Shown here piece by piece: positions 38,550 to 47,235 of a stretch of DNA of 64,000 bases. The notes below the pieces were generated by a model that searched no databases, had not been told where the DNA came from, and saw only the letters and a program-made list of their open reading frames with translations. The DNA comes from an uncultured Gemmatimonadales bacterium (GTDB taxonomy: Bacteria > Gemmatimonadota > Gemmatimonadetes > Longimicrobiales > RSA9), in NCBI GenBank assembly GCA_963708135.1, contig OY970192.1:4224001-4288000 (forward strand), given 5' to 3'. The first letter of the stretch is position 1, and each line of letters starts with the position of its first letter. The position numbers and the translations under genes were made by a program.

Positions 38550-39341
38550 GTGGCGCTGCCGATCGTGCAGGTGGACGCCTTCACGGCGGAGCCGTTCCGC
38601 GGCAACCCCGCGGCCGTGTGCGTGCTGCCGGAGCCGCGCGAGGCGGAGTGGATGCAGCGGGTCGCGCGCGAGATGAACCTCTCCGAGACCGCTTTCCTCC
38701 ACCGCCACGGCGATGCCTTCGACCTGCGCTGGTTCACCCCCGCCGTCGAGGTGGACCTGTGCGGCCACGCCACCCTGGCCAGCGCGCACGTGCTCTGGGA
38801 AGCCGGCCACGCGGCCGAGGGGGAGCCGCTGCTCTTCCACACCCGGAGCGGCGTGCTCACCGCCGAGTGCGCGGGCGAATGGATCGAGCTCGACTTTCCG
38901 GCCAAGGCGGTCGAGCCGGCGGAGCCGCCGGACGGGCTGCTCCAGGCACTCGGCGTCGAGCCGCTGGCGGTCACGAAGAACGTGTGGGACTACCTCGTCG
39001 AGGTCGGCTCCGAGGAGGCCGTGCGCGCGCTTCGCCCCGACATCGGCCGGCTCGGCGCCGTGCACGCCCGCGGCATCATCGTGACCGCGCGGGCGACGAC
39101 GGCACCGTACGACTTCGTCTCCCGCTTCTTCGCGCCGCGCGCTGGCGTGCCGGAGGATCCGGTGACCGGCTCGGCCCACGTGGCGCTCGGGCCGTACTGG
39201 CGCGACAGGCTCGGCAGGGACGAGTTGCTGGCCTACCAGGCCTCGGCGCGCGGCGGGGTGGTGCGCGTCACGGTGCGCGGTGAGCGCGTGCTGCTGGGCG
39301 GGCAGGCGGTCACGGTGCTGCGCGGCGAGCTCGTCGCGTAG
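38550..39341 (+). CDS. PhzF-family isomerase
   Basis: QVDAF...GNPAAV, EMNLSETAF, EVDLCGHATLA, EDPVTGSAH. Confidence 0.93.
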   Translation: MALPIVQVDAFTAEPFRGNPAAVCVLPEPREAEWMQRVAREMNLSETAFLHRHGDAFDLRWFTPAVEVDLCGHATLASAHVLWEAGHAAEGEPLLFHTRSGVLTAECAGEWIELDFPAKAVEPAEPPDGLLQALGVEPLAVTKNVWDYLVEVGSEEAVRALRPDIGRLGAVHARGIIVTARATTAPYDFVSRFFAPRAGVPEDPVTGSAHVALGPYWRDRLGRDELLAYQASARGGVVRVTVRGERVLLGGQAVTVLRGELVA

Positions 39342-39350
39342 CGCCCCGCC

Positions 39351-39375
39351 GAAACCCGGCGGGCTCCGAGCCGTA
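39351..39375 (+). promoter_or_regulatory. ECF-sigma-type promoter candidate upstream of the ABC pair
   Basis: GAAAC-N16-CGTA about 35 nt upstream of ATG 39409. Confidence 0.35.
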
Positions 39376-39408
39376 GGGGCCGAGCCCCTCTCACCGGGAT
39401 CCGCGAAG

Positions 39409-40335
39409 ATGCCCTACGCCATCCGCACGCACGAGCTCACCCGCCGGTTCGGTCCCGTCGTCGCCGTGGACCGACTCTGCCTGGCCGTGCCGCGCGGCGG
39501 CGTATACGCCTTCCTCGGCCCGAACGGGGCCGGCAAGACCACCACGATCCGCATGCTGCTCGGGCTCATCCGCCCCGATGCCGGCGCCATCTACCTGATG
39601 GGCGAATCCCACGCCGGCACGCGGCGGCGGCTGCTCGCGCGTGTGGGTGCGCTCGTGGAGTCGCCCTCGCTCTATCCGCACCTGACCGGCCGGGAGAACC
39701 TCGAGGCGACGCGCCTGCTGCTGGGCGCGCCGCGGGACCGCATCGACCGCGTGCTCGACCTCGTCCGGCTGCGCTCCGACGCCGCTCGGCTGGTGCGCGG
39801 CTATTCGCTCGGCATGCGGCAGCGGCTGGGCCTCGCCCTCGCGCTCCTCGGCGAGCCGGAGCTGCTGATCCTGGATGAGCCGACCAACGGGCTGGATCCC
39901 GCGGGCATCCAGGAGATGCGCGCGCTCGTCCGCTCGCTCCCCGAGCGGGTCGGCGCCACGGTCTTCCTGTCGAGCCACCTGCTGGGCGAGATCGAGCAGA
40001 TGGCGACCCACCTCGGCATTGTGCGCGCGGGGCGGCTCCTCTTCGAGGGGACGCTCGACGCGCTCGCCGCCCGCGAGCACGACGTGGTGCGGGTCGAGGC
40101 GGACCCGCCGGGCGACGCGCTGGCGCTCCTCGAGCGCGAAGGCTGGCCGGCGACGCTGGCGCCCGACGGCGCACTTCTCGTCCCCGCCGGCCGCGCCGAC
40201 GCCGCGCGCGTGAACGCGCTCCTCGTCGCAGGCGGCATCGCCGTCCACCACCTGGCGGCGCAGCGGCCCTCGCTCGAGCGCGCATTCCTGCGCCTGACCG
40301 GCGAGCCGGCCGGCGTCGAGAAGGCGGCGCAATGA
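39409..40335 (+). CDS. ABC ATP-binding protein (BcrA/LanF-like peptide-antibiotic resistance type)
   Basis: GPNGAGKTT, GALVESP (E-loop), YSLGMRQRLG, LDEPTNGLDP, SSHLL. Confidence 0.92.
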   Translation: MPYAIRTHELTRRFGPVVAVDRLCLAVPRGGVYAFLGPNGAGKTTTIRMLLGLIRPDAGAIYLMGESHAGTRRRLLARVGALVESPSLYPHLTGRENLEATRLLLGAPRDRIDRVLDLVRLRSDAARLVRGYSLGMRQRLGLALALLGEPELLILDEPTNGLDPAGIQEMRALVRSLPERVGATVFLSSHLLGEIEQMATHLGIVRAGRLLFEGTLDALAAREHDVVRVEADPPGDALALLEREGWPATLAPDGALLVPAGRADAARVNALLVAGGIAVHHLAAQRPSLERAFLRLTGEPAGVEKAAQ

Positions 40336-41174
40336 GCGCGCCGGATGGCACGAGCGAGGTCGGTGCCCGGGGCGCCCCCCGTCGCCCCGGCGCGCCCGAT
40401 GCCAGGCCGGCGCGCGCGGGCGTGAGCGCGATCGCGGCGGCGATCGCGGCCGAGGCGCTCAAGCTGCGCCGCACCCTCGCCCTGTGGATGGTGCTGCTCG
40501 CGCCGCTCATCGTGGTGCTCTTCCAGTTCTTCAACTTCCACCAGCGCGGCACGCTCATGGTGCGCGCGCGAGCGGACGCGTGGGCGCTCTACTCCCGGAG
40601 CGCCTTCGCCGTCTGGGCGGTGTTCATGCTGCCGCTCTTCCTCACCCTCGAGACGGCCCTGCTGAACGGCATCGAGCACGGCGTGCGCGGCTGGACGCAC
40701 CTCTTCGCGCTCCCCGTTCCGCGCTGGACGATCTACGCCGCCAAGCTGCTGGTGGCGCTCGCGCTGATGCTGGGCGCGGCCTTCACGCTCGTGCTCGGTC
40801 TCGCGGCCAGCGGCGAGGCGCTCCACCTGCTGCGGCCGGAGCTCGGCTTCGGGGCCTCCGTGCCGTGGACGCCGCTGCTCCGCCTGGCCGCGCTCTCGAG
40901 CGCCGCGGCGCTCCTCATCCTGTCCATCCACATGTGGATCTCGAGCCGGTGGGCCAGCATGACCGTCGCCCTCGGGGCCGGCGTGGCAGGGACCTTCTTC
41001 GCGCTCTTCGCCGCCGGCCAGCGGCTCGCCTCCTTCTACCCCTGGCTCCAGCCGCTCCGCGCCGTGGCCCGGCCGCCCGAGGAGGCCCGCGCCGCCGTCC
41101 TGATCGGCGTCGTCGGTGGGGCCGTGGTGGCGCTGGCGGGCGCCTGGGACGTGCTGCGCCGGGACACGGCCTAA
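40332..41174 (+). CDS. ABC-2 permease (LanE/G-like)
   Basis: AEALKLRRT, IEH..GW..LFALPV.R..IY.AK. Six TM segments. Confidence 0.85.
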   Translation: MSAPDGTSEVGARGAPRRPGAPDARPARAGVSAIAAAIAAEALKLRRTLALWMVLLAPLIVVLFQFFNFHQRGTLMVRARADAWALYSRSAFAVWAVFMLPLFLTLETALLNGIEHGVRGWTHLFALPVPRWTIYAAKLLVALALMLGAAFTLVLGLAASGEALHLLRPELGFGASVPWTPLLRLAALSSAAALLILSIHMWISSRWASMTVALGAGVAGTFFALFAAGQRLASFYPWLQPLRAVARPPEEARAAVLIGVVGGAVVALAGAWDVLRRDTA

Positions 41175-41175
41175 C

Positions 41176-41242
41176 GGACCGTATCCGAAGTAATCCGAAG
41201 TAGCGATGGGATTCGGTGCTCACGGAACTTCAGATACGGCTC
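41176..41242. mobile_element. Possible 67-bp MITE / IS-end remnant
   Basis: Imperfect 16-bp inverted repeats GGACCGTATCCGAAGT and ACTTCAGATACGGCTC (13/16). Lower GC than flanks. Confidence 0.5.
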
Positions 41243-41251
41243 ACTGGACTA

Positions 41252-42458
41252 GTACTCAGCCATCATGATTGTGAGGACTAAAGTTCCGTGCTATATTGTT
41301 GGCCCATTCTGTCGGACCCCCAGCGAGGAGGGCAGATGGCCAAGAAGTATATCGTGGACCTCACGGACGACGAGCGGGCCGAACTCAAGCGCCTGCTCCA
41401 GGGCGGCAAGGCGCGGGTGCGCCGGGTGAACCGCGCGCGCATCCTGTTGCTGGCCGACGAGGGCGTGACCGACAAGGCGATTGCGGCCGCGCTGCACCTG
41501 GGGAAGTGCACGGTGGAGCGCACGCGGCTGCGCTTCGTCGAGGGCGGTTTGGAGCGGGCGCTCAACGATCGGCCTCGGCCGGGCAAAGCCCGGCTGCTGG
41601 ACGGCAAGCAGGAAGCCTTCCTGGTCGCGCTGGCGTGCAGCGCGCCTCCGGAGGGGCGCGTGCGCTGGACCATGCAGCTCCTGGCCGACAAGCTGATCGA
41701 GTTGCGTGTGGTGGACGCGATCACGGACGAGACGGTCCGACGGCTTCTAAAAAAAACGACCTGAAGCCCTGGCAGAAGGAAGCGTGGTGCATCCCGACGG
41801 TGAGTTGGGACTTCGTCTGCCGCATGGAGGACGTGCTCGACCTCTACCAGGAGCCCTACGACCCCCGGCGCCCGGTGGTGTGCTTCGATGAAGTGCCCTA
41901 CCAGCTCATCGGGGAAACCCGCCTGCCGGTGCCGGCCGCTCCGGGTCGGCGCCAACGCGTCGACTACGAGTACGTGCGCCGCGGGACCGCCAACCTCTTC
42001 CTGCTCGTGGAGCCGCTGCGAGGCTGGCGGCATGTGGACGTCACCGCCCGTCGCACGAATGCGGACTTCGCCCAGCAGATGCGCGCACTGGTCGACGTGC
42101 ATTGCGCGGACGCCGACAAGATCCGCGTCGTGCTCGACAACCTGAGCAGCCACACGGGCGCAGCCCTGTACGAGACCTTCGAGGCCGCCGAAGCGCGCCG
42201 TATCCTGCGCAAGCTCGAGTTCCATTACACGCCCAAGCACGGGAGCTGGCTCAACATGGCCGAAATCGAGATCTCGATCCTCGGTCGCCAGTGCCTGCAC
42301 CGCCGCCTTGACAACGTCAACCGGCTGCGGGCCGAGACCCTCGCCTGGGAGACCCCCCGCAACGCCGTCCGAGCTCCCACCACCTGGCGTTTCACTGTCT
42401 CCGATGCGCGATCCAAGCTCCACCGCCTTTACGCATCATGACCACTGTGGCGCGGTAC
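41252..42458 (+). mobile_element. IS630-family insertion sequence
   Basis: Both ends sit in CTAG with a TA duplication (41250-51, 42459-60). Imperfect TIRs GTACTCAGCCATCATGATTGTGA and GTACCGCGCCACAGTGGTCATGA (reverse complement). Internal transposase. Confidence 0.92.
41336..42441 (+). CDS. IS630 transposase (orfA HTH + orfB DDE joined by a -1 frameshift)
   Basis: orfA RARILLL, PRPG, WT..LLA. A8 slippery run at 41749-41756. orfB CFDE, DYEY.R.GT, VLDN, YTPKHGSWLNMAEIE. Confidence 0.92.
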
Positions 42459-42587
42459 TAGCGCACCGCGCCGCCCGCTCCGCCGGCTCGCTGCTCACCA
42501 TGCCCGGATACGGTACACTGGCGGACCCTATGTGCAGTCGCAATGGCTCGGCCCTCGCCGAGCTCCGGATGCGGTCCACCGGCGGGG

Positions 42588-42759
42588 TTCACAACCCGCC
42601 GCTCGCCGGCTCGCCCGCTTCGAGCAGCGGGTTGTGCACGTCACGCCTGCACAATCCACCACTGCCTCTCGCGACGCCCAACGAGCGGCGACTTCGGCCG
42701 CGCGGACAGGTAAGAGTCGCCTGTGGAGCTGTGAAGCGCGGCGTCCGGCGAGTTGTGCA
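42588..42759. repeat. REP-like inverted repeat cluster (CACAAC / GTTGTG core)
   Basis: CACAACCCGC (42590-99) pairs with GCGGGTTGTG (42627-36). Degenerate copies at 42648, 42723 and 42748. Confidence 0.55.
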
Positions 42760-42770
42760 TCCTCCAGCGA

Positions 42771-42906
42771 GGGCCGTGCGCCCCGTCAGCACGCCGCCGC
42801 CTCCGGGCCGGGCGCCCCGTCAGCACGCCGCCGCCTCCGGGCGAGCGCGTTCCGTCAGCGCGCCGCCGCCTCCGGGCCGCGCGCCCCGTCAGCGCGCCGC
42901 CGCCTC
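42771..42906. repeat. Four ~34-bp tandem repeats overlapping a gene 3' end
   Basis: GGGCCG.GCGCCCCGTCAGCRCGCCGCCGCCTCC at 42771, 42805, 42839 and 42874. Confidence 0.85.
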
Positions 42907-43745
42907 TCGCCGCCGAGCGAGTCGAGCCGTTCCACGCGGATGTCCAGCAGCACGTCGCCGCCGGCCACGATCTGCCCTGCGCCATCCAGCGAGAGGGGGA
43001 GCCGGTTGCCGGAGACCTCGAAGCGCGCCGAGTCGCGCCCCAGCCGGCGGATGACGGGGAAGAGCCGGTAGCCGAGGCCGATCACGTAGAGCGGCGTGCG
43101 CATGGTGTCCGCGCCCGCCGCCCGGGCTCGCCGCAGCAGCTGCTCGGCCATGGCCACCGAGGCGAGGATGTAGGGCTGCGTCCCGGGAGCGACGTGGATC
43201 CGCCTCTCCTCGCCGCCGGCGCGGCGGCCGATCCGCAGCACCAGCGTGTCGCCGTGCACCACGGCCGTCTGTCGCTGGGACGGCCCCGCGGCGTGGCGGC
43301 CCGGGAGGTACCAGGCCACCTCCAGCCGGCCGATCCCGCCGCGCGGGCCGAGGATCGCGGTGTAGGCCAGCCGGCTTCCCGCCGTGTCGCGCACCTCGCC
43401 CTCGATCCGTTCGGCGGTCCGCACGAAGCGCTCGACCGCCAGGGTGTCGCCGCCGCGGAGGACCACGAAGATGCCGGACGAGTCGCGAACGGGGCGGGGG
43501 GGCGGCGCCGGCCGGGCCGCTGCCGCGCCATCCGCCCCGCCACCGCGCGCCCCGGCGCGGTCCCCGCAGCCGGCGGCCGCCAGCGCGAGCGTCGCCGCGG
43601 AGAGGACGAAGCGCGGGAGGCGGGACGCGACCCGCCGCCGGCCGGTGGCGGCTGCCAACGCGGTGTTCGGCGCGGTGGAAAACGCGGGGCCGGGCGCCGC
43701 GGCTAACCTGGCCTCGGTCGGGGCGGTGAGCGCGGCGTCGGCCAC
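42855..43745 (-). CDS. Hypothetical lipoprotein (start uncertain)
   Basis: Lipobox LAAAGC, then FVVLRGGDTLAVERFVRT and a beta-rich body. Confidence 0.6.
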   Translation of the reverse strand: MADAALTAPTEARLAAAPGPAFSTAPNTALAAATGRRRVASRLPRFVLSAATLALAAAGCGDRAGARGGGADGAAAARPAPPPRPVRDSSGIFVVLRGGDTLAVERFVRTAERIEGEVRDTAGSRLAYTAILGPRGGIGRLEVAWYLPGRHAAGPSQRQTAVVHGDTLVLRIGRRAGGEERRIHVAPGTQPYILASVAMAEQLLRRARAAGADTMRTPLYVIGLGYRLFPVIRRLGRDSARFEVSGNRLPLSLDGAGQIVAGGDVLLDIRVERLDSLGGERRRRADGARGPEAAAR

Positions 43746-43750
43746 GGCGG

Positions 43751-44470
43751 CTAGTTCGGCATCTGGCGGCGGAGTGCGGCGAGATGGCGCTGCCAGGACT
43801 CGACGATCGGCTGGAGCATGGCGTTGTAGGTGACGGCCCGCCTCGTGGCGCGCTCCGCTTCGGGGTGGGCGCGGAACCGGCGCGCCAGAGTGGATCCGGC
43901 GCCGCTCCCGGCGCCCTGGGGCGAACGCGCTCCCTGGCCGAGGTTCACGGCGTAAGAGCCGGCGGGATCGAACGCGCGGATGTCCCAGCCGACCTCGCCC
44001 AGCGGGTCCCTGCCCCGCTGCATCACGGTCTCGAGGCTGCGCTCGGCCCAGACCAGCGAGGCGTAATAGGAGAGGATCGCGTCGCGCAGGCCGTCGCTCC
44101 TCAGCACCCGCAGGTTGCCCGTGCTCTTCAGCTCGTCGATTGTCGGCGTGTTCGGCGCGAGATAGGCACCGCGCGTCGCCTCGCTGAACTCCCGCGCCAC
44201 GGTCGAGTCGGGGACGGGGCTGCCGCCGGCCAGGACCGCCAGGAGCTGGCGGGCGGCGGACTCGCCGGCCAGGGCGGAGCGCTGGTACTGCGCCAGCATC
44301 GCGCTGTCCGCGCGCAGGTCGCGGGTGAGCCGCCGGAGGTACTGCGCCTCGAGGCGGCGGTCGGCGCGCTCGGAGGTCCAGTCGCCGACGGCGAGCGCGA
44401 TCAGGACGCCGAGGATGACGACGACAATGTCGCGAGCGAACGCCGACCAGGCGCGCCGGGCGAGCTCCAT
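43751..44470 (-). CDS. Hypothetical protein, DUF6090-like (N-terminal TM + helical bundle)
   Basis: DIVVVILGVLIALAV..W, YL..L..DL..D, ELKSTGNL..L...LR..I..YY. Confidence 0.75.
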   Translation of the reverse strand: MELARRAWSAFARDIVVVILGVLIALAVGDWTSERADRRLEAQYLRRLTRDLRADSAMLAQYQRSALAGESAARQLLAVLAGGSPVPDSTVAREFSEATRGAYLAPNTPTIDELKSTGNLRVLRSDGLRDAILSYYASLVWAERSLETVMQRGRDPLGEVGWDIRAFDPAGSYAVNLGQGARSPQGAGSGAGSTLARRFRAHPEAERATRRAVTYNAMLQPIVESWQRHLAALRRQMPN

Positions 44471-44562
44471 TGCGCATTCCTTCCGGCACGCGGCCGTGGG
44501 GGGAGCGGAGGTGCGGGGGTGAAGACGCGCGAAGATAGAGAATCGCCGGGGCGGAATCAAAC

Positions 44563-44703
44563 GGATCGGGATCGGGGCGCGAGGATCGGGGCGCGCGGAT
44601 CCGGGGCGCGCGGATCCGGGGCGCGCGGATCGCGGCTCGCGGATCGGGCGCCGTGCTGCCGGGGGAAGTCCCGGGCGACGCGCAGTCCCCAGTCCCCAGT
44701 CCC
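44563..44703. repeat. Tandem ~14-15-bp GGATC(C)GGGGCGCGC repeats plus (CAGTCCC)3
   Basis: Read directly in the divergent intergenic region. Confidence 0.8.
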
Positions 44704-44794
44704 GGGCCCCCGAGTGCGTGGTCCCTAGTCGCTCGTGCCTCGATTCCTTACTTTTCGCGGCCACCGAGCTCCTCAACCCGGACCCCTGGCGACC

Positions 44795-46690
44795 ATGCAC
44801 CGAAACACCCTCGCCGTGGCCGCGGCGCTGGCGGCCGCCCTGGCGGCGGCTCCGGCCGCGCGCGCGCAGAAGACGCCGGAGCCGGCGCGGCAGCGGCCGG
44901 CGGCGGTGCGCTATGACGTCGCATTCCCGGATGCGGTGCACCACCAGGTGCGGATCACCGTCACGTTCCCGGGCCTCACGCCGGGCGGCACGCTGGCGGC
45001 GCTCATGCCGCGCTCCTCGCCGGGTCGTTACGCGCTGCACGAGTTCGCGAAGAACGTCTACGACCTCTCGGCGGTGGACGGGCGGGGGCGGCCGCTGCAG
45101 GTGACGCGGGTCTCGACGTCGGAGTGGGACGTGAAGGCGGACGACGGCACCGTCGCCATCAGCTACACCGTCTTCGGCGACCACGCGGACGGCACGTACG
45201 CGGGCATCGATTCGACGCACGCGCACTTCAACATGCCGGCGGCGTTCATGTTCGCGCGCGGGCTGGAGCGCCGGCCGATCCGGATCACGTTCCACCCGAT
45301 CCACGGCTGGAAGATCGCGACCCAGCTCGTCCGCACGGCGGATCCGAACACCTTCGAGGCGCCGGACCTGCAGTACTTCATGGACTCGCCCACGGAGCTC
45401 TCCGACTACACGCTGAGCGAGTGGCACGAGGGGCCGGCGGGCAAGCTGCTCTTCCGCATGGCGCTGCACCACGAGGGCACGGACTCGCAGGCCACGCAAT
45501 ACGCCGCGATGGCGAAGCGCGTGGTCGAGGAGGAGGCCGCGGTCTGGGGCACGTTCCCGCAGTATGACTTCGGCAGCTACACCTTCATCATCGACTATCT
45601 GCCGTGGGTCTTCGGCGACGGCATGGAGCACCGCAACTCGACGCTGATCACGGGCAGCCGGCCGCTCGCGCCCGACGCCGTGCGCAACCTGGGCACCGTC
45701 GCGCACGAGTACTTCCACTCCTGGAACATGGAGCGGCTGCGCTCGAAGGGCATCGAGCCGTTCGACTTCGAGCGCGCGAACATGTCGAGCGGGCTCTGGT
45801 TCGGCGAGGGCTTCACCAACTACTACGGCCACCTGGTGCTGGCGCGCGCCGGCTTCGTTCCGCTCGCCGACTTCGCGCGCGGCGAGGGCTACGCGATCAA
45901 TGCGGTGGTGAACTCGCCCGCGCGCCGCTTCCGCTCGCCGGTGCAGATGAGCCAGGAGGCGCCGTTCACGGACGCCGCGGTCTCGATCGACCTGGTGGAC
46001 CGGCCGAACACCTTCATCTCCTACTATACGTGGGGCGAAGTGGTCGCGCTCGGGCTCGATCTCACGCTGCGCGAGAAGTACCGCACCACCCTCGACGACT
46101 ACATGCGCGCGATGTGGCGCTCCTACGGCCAGTATCAGGAGAACGAGACGCCGCAGCGGCCCTACACCGTGGACGACCTCGAGCGTGTGCTCGGCCAGGT
46201 GACGAAGGATCCCGCGTTCGCGAAGAGCTTCTTCACCCACTACGTCCGCGGCCACGACGTCGTGGACTACGCCGCGCTGCTCGCGCCCGCGGGCCTGCTG
46301 CTGCGCAAGGCGAACGCCGGCCGGCCCTGGCTCGGCCTGGAGTCACGCGGCGTGGCGTTCCGGGACAGCGCCGCCGTGCTCCTGGCGCCCGTCCTGATCG
46401 GCACGCCGCTCTACCAGGCCGGCATCGCCGAGGGCGACCGCATCATGGAGATCGACGGGCAGCGCACCGGCAGCGCGGAGGAGATTGCCGCGGCGCTCTC
46501 CGGCCACCAGCCGGGCGACACCGTGCTCGTCCGCTTCTGGCAGCGCGGCGAAGTGAAGCGGGCGCCGCTCGTGCTGGGCGAGGCCCCGGCGCTCGAGCTC
46601 GTGACCTACGAGAGCGCGGGGATGCCCGTCACCGACGCCATGCGCGCGCTGCGCGAGGCGTGGCTCGGCTCGGCGCGGCACGGAGGTTGA
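44795..46690 (+). CDS. M61 glycyl aminopeptidase with C-terminal PDZ domain, exported
   Basis: SPGRYA..EFAKNV, DSPTE, GMEHRNS, HEYFHSWN, LWFGEGFTNYY, ISYY, PDZ AGIAEGDRI. Confidence 0.93.
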   Translation: MHRNTLAVAAALAAALAAAPAARAQKTPEPARQRPAAVRYDVAFPDAVHHQVRITVTFPGLTPGGTLAALMPRSSPGRYALHEFAKNVYDLSAVDGRGRPLQVTRVSTSEWDVKADDGTVAISYTVFGDHADGTYAGIDSTHAHFNMPAAFMFARGLERRPIRITFHPIHGWKIATQLVRTADPNTFEAPDLQYFMDSPTELSDYTLSEWHEGPAGKLLFRMALHHEGTDSQATQYAAMAKRVVEEEAAVWGTFPQYDFGSYTFIIDYLPWVFGDGMEHRNSTLITGSRPLAPDAVRNLGTVAHEYFHSWNMERLRSKGIEPFDFERANMSSGLWFGEGFTNYYGHLVLARAGFVPLADFARGEGYAINAVVNSPARRFRSPVQMSQEAPFTDAAVSIDLVDRPNTFISYYTWGEVVALGLDLTLREKYRTTLDDYMRAMWRSYGQYQENETPQRPYTVDDLERVLGQVTKDPAFAKSFFTHYVRGHDVVDYAALLAPAGLLLRKANAGRPWLGLESRGVAFRDSAAVLLAPVLIGTPLYQAGIAEGDRIMEIDGQRTGSAEEIAAALSGHQPGDTVLVRFWQRGEVKRAPLVLGEAPALELVTYESAGMPVTDAMRALREAWLGSARHGG

Positions 46691-46754
46691 CGGCGGCAGG
46701 GCGCGGGGCGGCGCGGAGGCCGCTCCCGAGTGATCCCGAAACGAGGAGCGAGGG

Positions 46755-47156
46755 ATGAGAGCCAACGTGATGCGGTGGGTGGTTTCAGGGTTTATGCTCG
46801 TGCTGCTGGCGGCGATGCCGGCCCACGCGCAGTCGCTTACCGGTTCCGGCGCCGTGGTGCCGGCGGCTCCCGCGGCGGGGGCGGCCTCCGGCGGCGTGGA
46901 TGCGGCCGCGGCGCTCCGGCCGACCGCCTCGCCTCTTCTGGCCCGCGACGCGGCGGCGCCGCTCGCGCCGGCGCGCGCCGACCTGGCGGATGCCCGCGTC
47001 GCGGAGCGGCTGCACGAGGGCACCGACTTCGCGCTGATGGTGGTCGGCGGCGCCCTCTTCGTGGCGGGCGCGATCATGGGCGGCGACGCGGGCACCGTGT
47101 TCATGGTGGGCGGCGCCGTCATCGGAGCGTACGGGCTCTACCAGTACCTCAGGTGA
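46755..47156 (+). CDS. Small exported protein with C-terminal Gly-rich hydrophobic hairpin
   Basis: GAGGAG RBS, signal peptide ending AHAQ, ALMVVGG...GLYQYLR. Confidence 0.75.
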   Translation: MRANVMRWVVSGFMLVLLAAMPAHAQSLTGSGAVVPAAPAAGAASGGVDAAAALRPTASPLLARDAAAPLAPARADLADARVAERLHEGTDFALMVVGGALFVAGAIMGGDAGTVFMVGGAVIGAYGLYQYLR

Positions 47157-47235
47157 TCGCCGCGGCGGCCCGGCGGCGAGCGCAGCCGCCGGCCGCCGCG
47201 CCCGGGCGGGAACGGCTCCTGCGTTCTCGCCGGGC

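Noticed and set aside
39409..41174. Lantibiotic biosynthetic cluster
   Set aside because: Only a LanF/E-like ABC pair is present, with no precursor peptide or modification enzymes nearby.
41169..41250. Integron attC site starting at GCCTAAC
   Set aside because: No matching GTTRRRY end at a suitable distance, no integrase and no cassette array.
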